Shown here one piece after another: positions 18,665 to 27,755 of a stretch of 64,000 bases of DNA; position 1 is the first letter of the stretch, and each line of letters begins with the position of its first letter. The translations under genes were made by a program, and so were the position numbers. A model generated the notes under the pieces. That model searched no databases. It worked only from the letters and a program-made list of their open reading frames with translations, and was not told the DNA's origin. Origin of the DNA: Myxococcota bacterium (GTDB lineage: Bacteria; Myxococcota_A; Polyangia; Nannocystales; Nannocystaceae); NCBI GenBank assembly GCA_039194325.1, contig JBCCWC010000012.1, forward strand, positions 1 to 64,000. Direction: 5' to 3'.

Positions 18665-20131
18665 CTACCGGCCCCCCCCCACATACTTGATCCGCCACAG
18701 CACGCCCTCGCGCACCTGCTTGAGCGCCGGCCGGTTACCGATCCGTTTGAGGGGCAGCAAGGTATAGAGCGCGGCGCCGGCGGCCACCCGGGCCTCGACG
18801 GCCGCGGGCGCCGGCCACCGTCGCAGCACGATGTCACGCCGCATCTTCAGCCCGTCGCGCACGTACTGAACCACGGCCGAGTGCTTCCACTCGAGCGGGT
18901 GCTCGTAGAGCACGATCTCGGCCCTCAAGGGCACCTGCCGGATCACGCTCCGCGCGTACTGTTGGGCCTCGGTCTGCTCGCTCAGATCGCAGTGCTCGCG
19001 GTTTCGCAGCACCATCACCGTGGGCAGCACGAACATCGCGAGCACGGTGATCATCTGCGGCACACGACGCCGCACCAGCCACTGCCCGAGCACATCAAAG
19101 GCCACCCCGAGCAGCACGACCGTCAGGGCGATCCCCGGCAGGTAGAACACCTCGATGTCGTGAACATAGTAGTTGAAGAAGAACCAGACGTTCCCTCCGA
19201 TGGCCAGCATCAGGGCCACCGCGAGCCGGAGATCGCGACGGCCGAGGGCCACCAGCCCCAAAGGAGCGAGGACCAGCCCCACCACCGTCAGGTTGTCGAC
19301 GAATGCCCCGTAGAGCAGCCCTAGCTGCCCGCCAAGGTCATACTCGTCCATGAACCGGATCTTGAACCGCCCGCCGGTGACCCCTTCGACAAACCACCCC
19401 CACTCGCGCTCGTCCCAGTTCTTGAACTGGCGCAGAGGAATATACAAGAACACGAGCAACCCGGCCGCGGTCGCCACGATGCTCCCCCCTAAAGCTCGCA
19501 GCCGGCTCTTCCATCCCCGGGCCCAGAGCGTCAGCAGATCTCGCGGCCGATCGACCGAGTCGGCCACCGTGGCCACGAGCAACCCGTACCCGAGCCCGAG
19601 CGTGGTGATCGACATGTGCACTCCCACCCCGAGCCCTCCCAGCAGCGCCGCCTTCCACACCATGCGCAGGCTCTGCCGTCGTACTGCGACGATGAGCAGC
19701 ACGAAGGTCCCCAGGATGAACGTGAGCCCGGCGGTATAGACCTCGGCCACCACCGAGTTCCACCAAAAGGTCTTGCTCACCCCGAGCGTCAGCGCCGCCG
19801 CCGCTGCCGCGGGCGCCCGCGCACCCGCGAGCCGCCCGAGCGCGTAGCACAGCAGCGCACTCGCGAGCCCGAACACCACGCTCATGATGTTGACCCCCAC
19901 GGCGGGCTCCCCGGGCAGGTACGTAAACACGTGAGCGATGAGCGTATAGAGCGGATACCCTGGCGGATGGGGCACCTTGAGGCTACGCGCGCACGCGGCA
20001 AACTCGGCGCTGTCGTACCAATAGACCGTGGGGCACAGCGTCGATCCGTAGATCACGGCCAAGACGCCGACGATCAACAAGGCCCAGCGCACGTCCGGCT
20101 TGGCGAGCAGCGCGTTGATCCTTCGGCGCAC
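18665..20131 (-). CDS. DUF2723 / GT-C-fold membrane glycosyltransferase-like protein
   Basis: PTVYWYDSAEF, HPPGYPLY and AEVYT motifs; many TM helices. Confidence 0.85.
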   Translation of the reverse strand: MRRRINALLAKPDVRWALLIVGVLAVIYGSTLCPTVYWYDSAEFAACARSLKVPHPPGYPLYTLIAHVFTYLPGEPAVGVNIMSVVFGLASALLCYALGRLAGARAPAAAAAALTLGVSKTFWWNSVVAEVYTAGLTFILGTFVLLIVAVRRQSLRMVWKAALLGGLGVGVHMSITTLGLGYGLLVATVADSVDRPRDLLTLWARGWKSRLRALGGSIVATAAGLLVFLYIPLRQFKNWDEREWGWFVEGVTGGRFKIRFMDEYDLGGQLGLLYGAFVDNLTVVGLVLAPLGLVALGRRDLRLAVALMLAIGGNVWFFFNYYVHDIEVFYLPGIALTVVLLGVAFDVLGQWLVRRRVPQMITVLAMFVLPTVMVLRNREHCDLSEQTEAQQYARSVIRQVPLRAEIVLYEHPLEWKHSAVVQYVRDGLKMRRDIVLRRWPAPAAVEARVAAGAALYTLLPLKRIGNRPALKQVREGVLWRIKYVGGGR

Positions 20132-20182
20132 CTACAGCGAGGCATACCACGTTCACCAGAGCCCACCCGAGCCTCCGAAGGT

Positions 20183-20382
20183 CACAGAGGAGGGCGAGCG
20201 CCTGAGGCGGGCGGCAGGTCTGGCCCGCGTAGCGCGGAGGGGACCCATGCGAGCGCAGACGGCGACGACCCGCACCTCCAAGCACTCGGACCATCTTCGC
20301 CGTCGAGCACGGATGGGGAGGAGTCCGAGCGTTAAACAGGGCCAGGCCTGCCGCCCGTCTCAGGCGCTCGCCCTCCTCTGTG
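20183..20382. mobile_element. MITE/REPIN-like ~200-bp element with 44-bp inverted repeats
   Basis: 20183-20226 is the reverse complement of 20339-20382 with 2 mismatches; internal CTCGGAC/GTCCGAG stem. Confidence 0.6.
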
Positions 20383-20402
20383 CCCCGCCCGAAGCGCCCG
20401 CG

Positions 20403-21458
20403 CTAAACCTCGATGAGCGGCAACGAAAAGACCTCGTCCGTCTCCACCATCAACCCCGACCACGAGAGCCCCACGCCAAAGCCCATCATGGCCCACTTGG
20501 TAGGCACTTTGAGCCGCTCCTGGCACTGGGTGATCATCGTCAGCGGGATCGAGGCGCTCGAGGTATTCCCGAACTTCTCGATCGAAAACGGCACCTTGGC
20601 CTTGTCGATCTTCATCTTCCGCGCCAAGAAGGTCAGCATGAACTTGTTGGCTTGGTGGAGTGCATAGACGTTGACGTCGTCCTTGGTCCACCCCGCCCCC
20701 TCGCACAGCTCGGCGAGCATGGGCGGAACCCGCTTCATGGTGAAGGTGAGGATCTGCGGCCCGCGCAAGATCAGATCGATCGGCCGCCGCTCATCGCCCT
20801 CTTCGTCGGCCACGCGCTCGAACAACTCGGGCGACCAGAACGTCTTGCCCAGCCCCCCCGGGACGATGATCTGATCCACCCCGGACCCGTCCGCCCCGAA
20901 CACCACCGAGCGCACCTGCGGCTCCCCTTCAGCGGTCACCGCGGTAGCCGAGCCCGCGTCGCCGAACAGCAGCGCGTTGGCCAGATCGGTGCGATGCACG
21001 GCTTTTTCTAGCCGAGGCCGAAAGCGGTCCGAGGTCATCTCGCCGCACAGCAGCAGCGCCCGCTTGACGACCCCCGACTTGATGAGCCCATCGAGGATGA
21101 TCATCCCGTGGGTAAACCCCGAGCATCCCAGCGTCATGTCGAACACCAGGCAGCGGGGACTGATCCCCAGCTCGTGCTGCGCCCGGTGGGCGCTGGCCGG
21201 CATGATGTAGTCGGGCAGCGTGGTGATGAGGACAAGCGCATCGATGGACTCGGGCTCCCACCCCAGCGACTCGATGAGTGGCCGCGCCGCCGCGATGCAA
21301 AGGTCGGTCGCGGTCACGCCCTCCTCGGCCTCCCGCTTCTGCTCGACCCCGGTATTCTTGCGGATCCGATCGACGTCGAACTTCTTGAAGTGCTCGTAGG
21401 CGAGGGTGGTCTCGACGGCATTCTTCGGCACGCAGGCCGACATTCCAGCGATCTTCAT
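20403..21458 (-). CDS. 3-oxoacyl-ACP synthase III (FabH-like) family protein
   Basis: FDMTLGCSG (catalytic Cys), LFGDAG, LHQAN (His), FGNTSSAS (Asn) and GFGVG motifs. Confidence 0.92.
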   Translation of the reverse strand: MKIAGMSACVPKNAVETTLAYEHFKKFDVDRIRKNTGVEQKREAEEGVTATDLCIAAARPLIESLGWEPESIDALVLITTLPDYIMPASAHRAQHELGISPRCLVFDMTLGCSGFTHGMIILDGLIKSGVVKRALLLCGEMTSDRFRPRLEKAVHRTDLANALLFGDAGSATAVTAEGEPQVRSVVFGADGSGVDQIIVPGGLGKTFWSPELFERVADEEGDERRPIDLILRGPQILTFTMKRVPPMLAELCEGAGWTKDDVNVYALHQANKFMLTFLARKMKIDKAKVPFSIEKFGNTSSASIPLTMITQCQERLKVPTKWAMMGFGVGLSWSGLMVETDEVFSLPLIEV

Positions 21459-21482
21459 GGATGGGCCCGCCCGTCGAATGCA

Positions 21483-21713
21483 CTACTCGAGCGTGTCGCC
21501 CGCGAGATCCATGACGTCCTGAACGGTCTTGCAGTCGGGGATCTTCTCCTCGTCGACCTTGACCCCCTGCTCGTCGAGCAGCACGACCAAGTTGAGCACG
21601 GCGGTCGAGTCCCAGCCCTCGAACTTGGTGAGATCGGTGTCGACCTTCAGCTCCCCCGGCTCGACCATGAGCACCTCCGCCAGCTCCTTGATGAACTCGT
21701 CCTTGGTCACCAA
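21483..21713 (-). CDS. Acyl carrier protein
   Basis: 76-aa acidic protein with a GWDS phosphopantetheine site. Confidence 0.9.
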   Translation of the reverse strand: MVTKDEFIKELAEVLMVEPGELKVDTDLTKFEGWDSTAVLNLVVLLDEQGVKVDEEKIPDCKTVQDVMDLAGDTLE

Positions 21714-21953
21714 TGATCAGTACACCCGCCGATCCCGCCACACAAGGCAACCTAGCGGTCGTTGTCCGGCCAGCGCGGATTCCGCTCCACGCCCGATTCC
21801 ACGCCCGATGGAGATGCACACAAGTGCGGAAACGACGCATTTTCCTGGTCTCCGACGCAACGGCCCGCCCGCCAAGCCGTCGGCGGCTCAACGATCGCCC
21901 GGGTTCGCGCCCGAGCGTGCACGCAAGCGTTAGACTGAGCGAAACCGGAACCC

Positions 21954-22424
21954 ATGGCCGACCTGGTATTCACGTCCATCCTCGGAGCCGAGCATCGAGA
22001 CGACCTAGAGCGGCTGTTGTTCTTCAATGAGAACCAGGCCCGGGCCTCCGACGGTGTGTCCTTCGTGGTGGAGCGCTATGGCACCCCGCGGATCCAGTCC
22101 GACAACGAGCGGCTCCACGTCGCGCTGGACTCGTCCGTGCAGACACAGACCCTATTCGTCATCACTCGGGTTCGAGGCGAGATCCGACCGATCGGCGTGG
22201 TCGTCTACACCCGCGAGGCCGACACGCTCGTGGTGCTCTTCGTGGCGGTAGACAGCGAATTCTCCGGCCGCGGGATCCGGGGCCACGGCATGGTGCTGGT
22301 GCGGATGATAGGCGAGATCAAGGCGATCGCCCGCCGAGTCCGCGGCATCTCGAGGGTGTTGGTGTACATGGGCCGAGCCACACCCACCCGTATCACGATC
22401 CGGCGCGAATCCGCGGAGACCTAG
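21954..22424 (+). CDS. Hypothetical protein with a possible GNAT-like fold
   Basis: IGVVVY...LVVLFVAVDSEFSGRG resembles GNAT motif A. Confidence 0.6.
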   Translation: MADLVFTSILGAEHRDDLERLLFFNENQARASDGVSFVVERYGTPRIQSDNERLHVALDSSVQTQTLFVITRVRGEIRPIGVVVYTREADTLVVLFVAVDSEFSGRGIRGHGMVLVRMIGEIKAIARRVRGISRVLVYMGRATPTRITIRRESAET

Positions 22425-22560
22425 GGCCTACGCCCAGACCCTACGGGGTGACCGTCCCGTTCTCGTCCCGAAGGTCGCGGGCTTACGGCCGACGCCGAGC
22501 GTCGAAAACCGGCTATGATGCCCGCTCCGACGGTCCTACCCCCGTCGAGGCCGACGACCC

Positions 22561-23202
22561 GTGAAGAGCGTCCGCAACGCCATCAAGTATGTCCGCACCC
22601 GCCTGTGGGAGCAGCTGCAGTACCCCGACCCCGAGGTCGTCTACCACCGCCAGGGGATCCACGGGATCACCCGGCTGCTGCACGTCACCAGCGACACCAC
22701 GCTCACCAAGACCCTGCTGGCCCGCCACGGCGCCGACATCCACCCCGATTGCTGGCCGATCGGGCCCAACATCACGATCCACGAGGCTCCCACGGACTAC
22801 AGCAACCTGAGCGTCGGGGCCCACGTGCACATCGGCAAGCAGGTCTTCCTCGATCTGACCGAGCGGCTGGTCATCGAGGAGAGCGTGGGGATCGGCATGC
22901 GGGCGATCCTGCTGACCCACGTCAACATCGGCACCGGCTACCGCAATAAGCCGATGACGCGCCTTTACCCCAAAAAGCACAAGCCCACGATCTTGCGCCG
23001 GGGCTGCTCGATCGGGGCAGGGGCGATCATCGCGTGCGGGGTGGAGATCGGCGAAGACGCGCTGGTCAACGCCGGAGCCGTGGTCGACCGCGACGTCCCG
23101 CCACGCACGGTGGTGCACTGCACCCGGCCGCGCAAGCCGCTTCGGATCCCGGACCGATTCTTCGAGTCCAAGCTGGCCGCGGCCGAGCCCGCCGAGCGGT
23201 AA
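22561..23202 (+). CDS. Hexapeptide-repeat (left-handed beta-helix) acyltransferase
   Basis: SIGAGAIIACGVEIGEDALVNAGAVVDRDVPP. Confidence 0.9.
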   Translation: MKSVRNAIKYVRTRLWEQLQYPDPEVVYHRQGIHGITRLLHVTSDTTLTKTLLARHGADIHPDCWPIGPNITIHEAPTDYSNLSVGAHVHIGKQVFLDLTERLVIEESVGIGMRAILLTHVNIGTGYRNKPMTRLYPKKHKPTILRRGCSIGAGAIIACGVEIGEDALVNAGAVVDRDVPPRTVVHCTRPRKPLRIPDRFFESKLAAAEPAER

Positions 23203-23235
23203 CAATCCTCGCCGCTCGCCCGATTCTCGGGCGGG

Positions 23236-24560
23236 ATGTCGCCGCCTTCCTCTCGTGCCGCCGGGCTCGCATGGGTCGCAGGTGCGCTGGTCACCGCGGC
23301 ATGCCAGGCTCCCGCGCTGCCCCCGTGCGGCACCCCGGCCGCCGACTGCCCGATGCCGAGCACGGAAACCTTCGTCGATCCCCTGGTGCCCGTGGGTCGA
23401 GCCGAGGGACCCACGTTCGTCGAGATCGTCGACGTGGTCGCCGACGGCGACCGGATCTACGCATGCACCGGCACCCAAGGGCTGACCGTATGGGACGCGA
23501 CCAGCTCCGGTGCCCCCCGGCTGCTCTCGGATCGCACCGCCCCCGCCGCGCAGGGGGTGGCCGATGGCCGCTTCCCCCGATGCCAACATGTGGCCGTGGA
23601 CCGATCGGGCCAGCGGTTGAGTGGGACCAGATCCGGGGCTACGACGTCTCCGATCCGACCGCGGTGCGCCCGTTGTTCGCGGAGATCGTGCCCACTGATG
23701 ACGAGCGCTCGCGCGTGCTCGCCCTAGACATCGACCGAGACCGCCGCCGGGTCTACGCCGGTGAGTGGCGGGGCCTGCAAGTGTTCGACCACGTCGAGGG
23801 TGGGCGCGGACCCGACATCTCGGTCACCCCGCAGGTGCTCCAGTACGGCGAGCTAGGCGGCGGTGATGCCGACGATCGGGTGGTGGTGGTGCGCAATGAC
23901 GGCGATCGCCCGCTCACCGTCCACGACGTGGTCGGGGGGCCGGGCCTCACCGTCGAGCCGTCGTGCTTTTCGGTGGCCCCCGGCGAGTCGGTACCGCTGG
24001 AGGTCACCCTCACCGTGCCCGACGCTTCGCCGGTCGACACCGGGCTCAAGGTGTGCTCGGACGACCTCGACGAGCCCGAGCACACCCTGGCGGTGACCGC
24101 CAACGTGCCTGGGGTGAGCGTGGGCGACCCGGTGCCCGCCTTCTCGCTGCGCGATCTCGAGGGCAACACCTGGTCGAGCGAGCGATTGCGCGGCAACATC
24201 GCCGTGCTCGCCTATTTCGCCACCTTCTGACCGGTGTGCAGTCTGGAGTTTCCAGACATCGAGACGGAGATCTGGCAGCGCTTCGGCGACCAGGGCGTGG
24301 TGGTGCTGGGGGTCAGCGGCTCGGGGCTGCTGGGCCGGGAGTCCACCGCCACCCTGACCGCCTTCGTCGAGCAGACCGGCGTGACGTTCCCGATCCTGGT
24401 GGACGACACCACCTACGGCGCCTACGCAAACCCCGACGGGGCGATCTCCCCCTTCCCGCTGGACGTCATCATCGACGCGCAGGGGCGGATCCGCTACCTG
24501 CGCCACGAATTCGACGGCGATGCGATGCACGCCGAGATCGAGCGCCTGCTGGCCGAGTGA
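23236..24560 (+). CDS. Putative selenoprotein: lipoprotein signal, LVIVD-like propeller blades, Ig-like (ASH/choice-of-anchor-D-like) domain, and a TlpA/AhpC-TSA redoxin with U-P-V-C; frame break near 23617
   Basis: In-frame FATF-TGA(24228-24230)-PVC sits at the WCxxC position. The redoxin fold continues (FPILVD, FPLDVIIDAQGRIRY) to the stop at 24560. The N-terminal part (from 23236) is in a different frame. Confidence 0.8.
24231..24260 (+). promoter_or_regulatory. Putative bacterial SECIS hairpin
   Basis: GTCTGGA-GTT-TCCAGAC: a perfect 7-bp stem (24241-24257) starting 10 nt after the in-frame TGA, with G in the loop. Confidence 0.7.
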
Positions 24561-24741
24561 AGCGCGAGCCGACTCACCCCGGCCACCCCGGGCCGCTTTC
24601 AGGCCGCCCAAAGAACCGCCTCGGATCGGGATCCGATGCAGCTAGGACTGGCCCCGATCCCGGCCAGGGTGATATCTGGGAAGTCGGTCGGCCGCCTCCA
24701 CCATCAGTGGGCGTCGACTCTCCCAAGGATCGCCGCTTCAC

Positions 24742-25896
24742 ATGTCCAACGACTTCATCGTGTTCGGGAGTCCGGTCATCGGGCCGGAGGAGATCGAGGC
24801 CGTCACGGCCACGCTGCGCACGTGCTGGCTCGGCACCGGGCCGCGCACCAAGGAGTTCGAGACCAAGATCGCCGAGTACACCGGGGCCAAGCATGCGGTC
24901 GCGGTCTCCTCGTGCACGGCCGCGCTCCACCTGTCGCTGGCGACCCTGGGGATCGGCCCGGGCGACGAGGTGATCACCACCCCGATGACCTTTGCCGCCA
25001 CCGCCAACTCCGTGGTGCACACCGGAGCCACCCCGGTGTTTGTCGACTGCCAGCGCGAGACGCTCAATATCGACCCGGCGGGGGTCGAGGCGGCGATCAC
25101 CGAGCGCACCAAGGCGATCATGCCGGTGCACTTTGCCGGCCGAGCCGCGGCGATGGACGAGCTGCTCGCCCTGGCCCAAAAGCACGACCTGGCAATCGTC
25201 GAAGACGCCGCCCACGCCCTGGAGACCCGCTACAAGGGCAAGACCGTCGGGCAGCTGGGCGGCAAGACAGCCTGCCTGAGCTTCTACGTCACCAAGAACA
25301 TCACCACCGCCGAGGGCGGCATGCTGCTGACCAACGACGACGAGATCGCCCGCAAGGCGCGGGTGCTCTCGCTGCACGGCCTGTCGGCCGACGCCTGGTC
25401 TCGCTACAGCGACGCCGCCCCCAAGCACTACGAGGTGGTGGTCCCCGGCTACAAGTACAACCTGACCGATCTGGCCTCGTCGATCGGGCTGGTTCAGCTG
25501 TCCCACGTGGAGCAGTGGCTGCTGCGGCGCGACGAGATCTGGGCTCGCTACAACGAGGCCTTCGCCGACCTGCCGCTCATCACCCCGAGCGCCGCCGAGC
25601 CACAGACCCGGCACGCCCGACACCTCTACACCCCACTGGTCACCGACGACGCCCCCGTCGACCGCGACGGCTTCCGCCAGGGCCTCCACGCCGAGGGGGT
25701 GGGCAGCGGGATCCACTATGCCCCGCTCCACCGGCATCCCTACTACCGCGACCGTTTCGGCTTCACCGACGAGCAATTCCCCCACGCGGCGTTCATCGGC
25801 TCCCGCACCCTCTCGCTGCCGCTGTCGCCCAAGGTCACCGACGCCGAGGTCGAGCGGATCATCGCCGCCGTCCGCAAGGTCGCGGGCGCGTCATAA
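24742..25896 (+). CDS. DegT/DnrJ/EryC1/StrS-family sugar aminotransferase
   Basis: SSCTAALH, PMTFAATAN, EDAAHA and SFYVTKNITTAEGG (PLP lysine) motifs. Confidence 0.95.
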   Translation: MSNDFIVFGSPVIGPEEIEAVTATLRTCWLGTGPRTKEFETKIAEYTGAKHAVAVSSCTAALHLSLATLGIGPGDEVITTPMTFAATANSVVHTGATPVFVDCQRETLNIDPAGVEAAITERTKAIMPVHFAGRAAAMDELLALAQKHDLAIVEDAAHALETRYKGKTVGQLGGKTACLSFYVTKNITTAEGGMLLTNDDEIARKARVLSLHGLSADAWSRYSDAAPKHYEVVVPGYKYNLTDLASSIGLVQLSHVEQWLLRRDEIWARYNEAFADLPLITPSAAEPQTRHARHLYTPLVTDDAPVDRDGFRQGLHAEGVGSGIHYAPLHRHPYYRDRFGFTDEQFPHAAFIGSRTLSLPLSPKVTDAEVERIIAAVRKVAGAS

Positions 25897-25958
25897 GGCG
25901 TTCCCTTACAGATCGTTCGTGACCGGCATGGACCCGGGCGGTGGAGTCCGCGGGTACC

Positions 25959-27719
25959 ATGAGGGCGAGCGTGCAGTCCTGGTGGAAGCGCTACCTCTAC
26001 TCGGGTTTCGACCCTAAAGAGGACAACCTGCTGGCCTGGCGAGGCCGTGCGCTGGCGGTCACCTGCCTGGCCACCGCGGCCTTCTCCGCGCTGCTGGTGC
26101 TTCACCATCTTCGCGTGGACGCGTGGGCCATGGTGGCGATCTTCGCGGTGGTGGCTGTGGCCTCGGTGCTCCTGCCACTGCTGCAGCACCGCAGCCCCAA
26201 CCTCGAGCGCACGGGGCACGCGGCGGTCGGCTTTGGGTTCATGGGGCTCGTGGCCGCCATCGCCTTCCGCGGCGGCCTATCCTCGCCGCTGCCGCTGACG
26301 CTCTCGCTGATGCCGGCCCTGGCCGCGTATTTGTTCCGTGACAGCAAGAACGTGCTGCTCTGGGCGTCGTTGTCGATGCTGGCGCTGCTCGGCTTCGGGC
26401 TCGCGCCCACGCTCCTGAGGATCGATCTGGTCGACCACATGCCGCCCTCCGAGCGCCCATGGGCCAGCTTCTTCGCCCCCGTGCTGGCGCTGGTGCTCAT
26501 CACCCTGCTGTCGCGGACCAACGCCCGGGTGCAGGCCGAGGCCATCGACGCGGCGACCGCAGCCGAGCGCAAGCGGATGGAGGATCAGCAGGTCAACCAG
26601 CTCCAGCGCGCCGAGCAGATGGCCCTGGTCGGGCAGCTCGCGGTGGGCGTGGCCCACGAGGTCAACAACCCGCTGGCGTACATCGGGGCCAACATCGACT
26701 TCACCGCCAAGCGCCTGCGTAAAGACGACGAGCGGCGCTGGAACGAGGAGCTCGCGGCCCTCCAGGACGCCAGCGACGGAGTCCATCGGATCTCCGACAT
26801 CGTCAACCAGCTCAACGCGCACGGGCGCAAGGAAGAAGAGTCGATCCAGCCCATGCGCCTGCGCGACAGCCTGGAGCTGGCCCTGCGGATCGCTCGCAAT
26901 CAGATCCGCCACCGCGCCCGGGTGTTTCGCCAATATACCGATCATCCCGTGGTCGTGGCCGATCCCGGGCGGCTGACCCAAGTGTTCCTCAACCTGCTGG
27001 TCAATGCCGCCCAGGCGGTACCCACCGGCAAGCGCGACCAAAACGAGATCCGCATCGAGCTGAGCGTGGAGGGCGGGGAAGCGGTGGTGGACATCCGCGA
27101 CACCGGCCACGGGATCGACCCCGAGGTGCTCGCGCGAGTCACCGAGCCCTTCTTCACCACCAAGGACGTGGGCGACGGCACCGGGCTCGGCCTGAGCATC
27201 AGCGACGCGATCGTGCGCTCGTACAACGGCACGATGAGTCTCTCGAGTGACGTGGGCCGGGGGACTCACGTCCAGGTTCGGCTGCCGCTCACCGAGGAGG
27301 ACCCGATCACGATCCAAGACGATAGCCACACCGGCGTGCCGCTACCCAAGGCGGGCAACGAGCCGCGGCTGCTGCTCATCGACGACGATCCCACCGTGCG
27401 CCGAGGGCTGATCCGCCTGCTGCCGGGCACCGTGATCGAGGCTGGGTATGCGCGCGAGGCCCTGGAGATGCTCGAGGACGACATGGGCTTCGACATCATC
27501 ATCTGCGACGTGATGATGCCCGACATGACGGGCATCGACTTCTATCAGATCCTCGTCGAGCGACATCCTTCGCTGTGCACCAAGGTGCTATTGGTCAGCG
27601 GCGGGATCTTCGAGGAGTCGGCGCGGAAATTCGTCATCGACCACGACATTCCCATGCTCACCAAGCCGGTACGGCAGCAGGAACTGATGACGTTGGTCGA
27701 CGAGATGATGGGCAAGTGA
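25959..27719 (+). CDS. Membrane-bound hybrid histidine kinase with a receiver domain
   Basis: TM helices; AHEVNNP H-box; NLLVNA, DTGHG and FFTTK/GTGLGL motifs; C-terminal LIDDD...CDVMMP...TKP. Confidence 0.93.
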   Translation: MRASVQSWWKRYLYSGFDPKEDNLLAWRGRALAVTCLATAAFSALLVLHHLRVDAWAMVAIFAVVAVASVLLPLLQHRSPNLERTGHAAVGFGFMGLVAAIAFRGGLSSPLPLTLSLMPALAAYLFRDSKNVLLWASLSMLALLGFGLAPTLLRIDLVDHMPPSERPWASFFAPVLALVLITLLSRTNARVQAEAIDAATAAERKRMEDQQVNQLQRAEQMALVGQLAVGVAHEVNNPLAYIGANIDFTAKRLRKDDERRWNEELAALQDASDGVHRISDIVNQLNAHGRKEEESIQPMRLRDSLELALRIARNQIRHRARVFRQYTDHPVVVADPGRLTQVFLNLLVNAAQAVPTGKRDQNEIRIELSVEGGEAVVDIRDTGHGIDPEVLARVTEPFFTTKDVGDGTGLGLSISDAIVRSYNGTMSLSSDVGRGTHVQVRLPLTEEDPITIQDDSHTGVPLPKAGNEPRLLLIDDDPTVRRGLIRLLPGTVIEAGYAREALEMLEDDMGFDIIICDVMMPDMTGIDFYQILVERHPSLCTKVLLVSGGIFEESARKFVIDHDIPMLTKPVRQQELMTLVDEMMGK

Positions 27720-27755
27720 GCCGCGCGACGGACCCTTGGGGCTGGCTAGGGCTGG

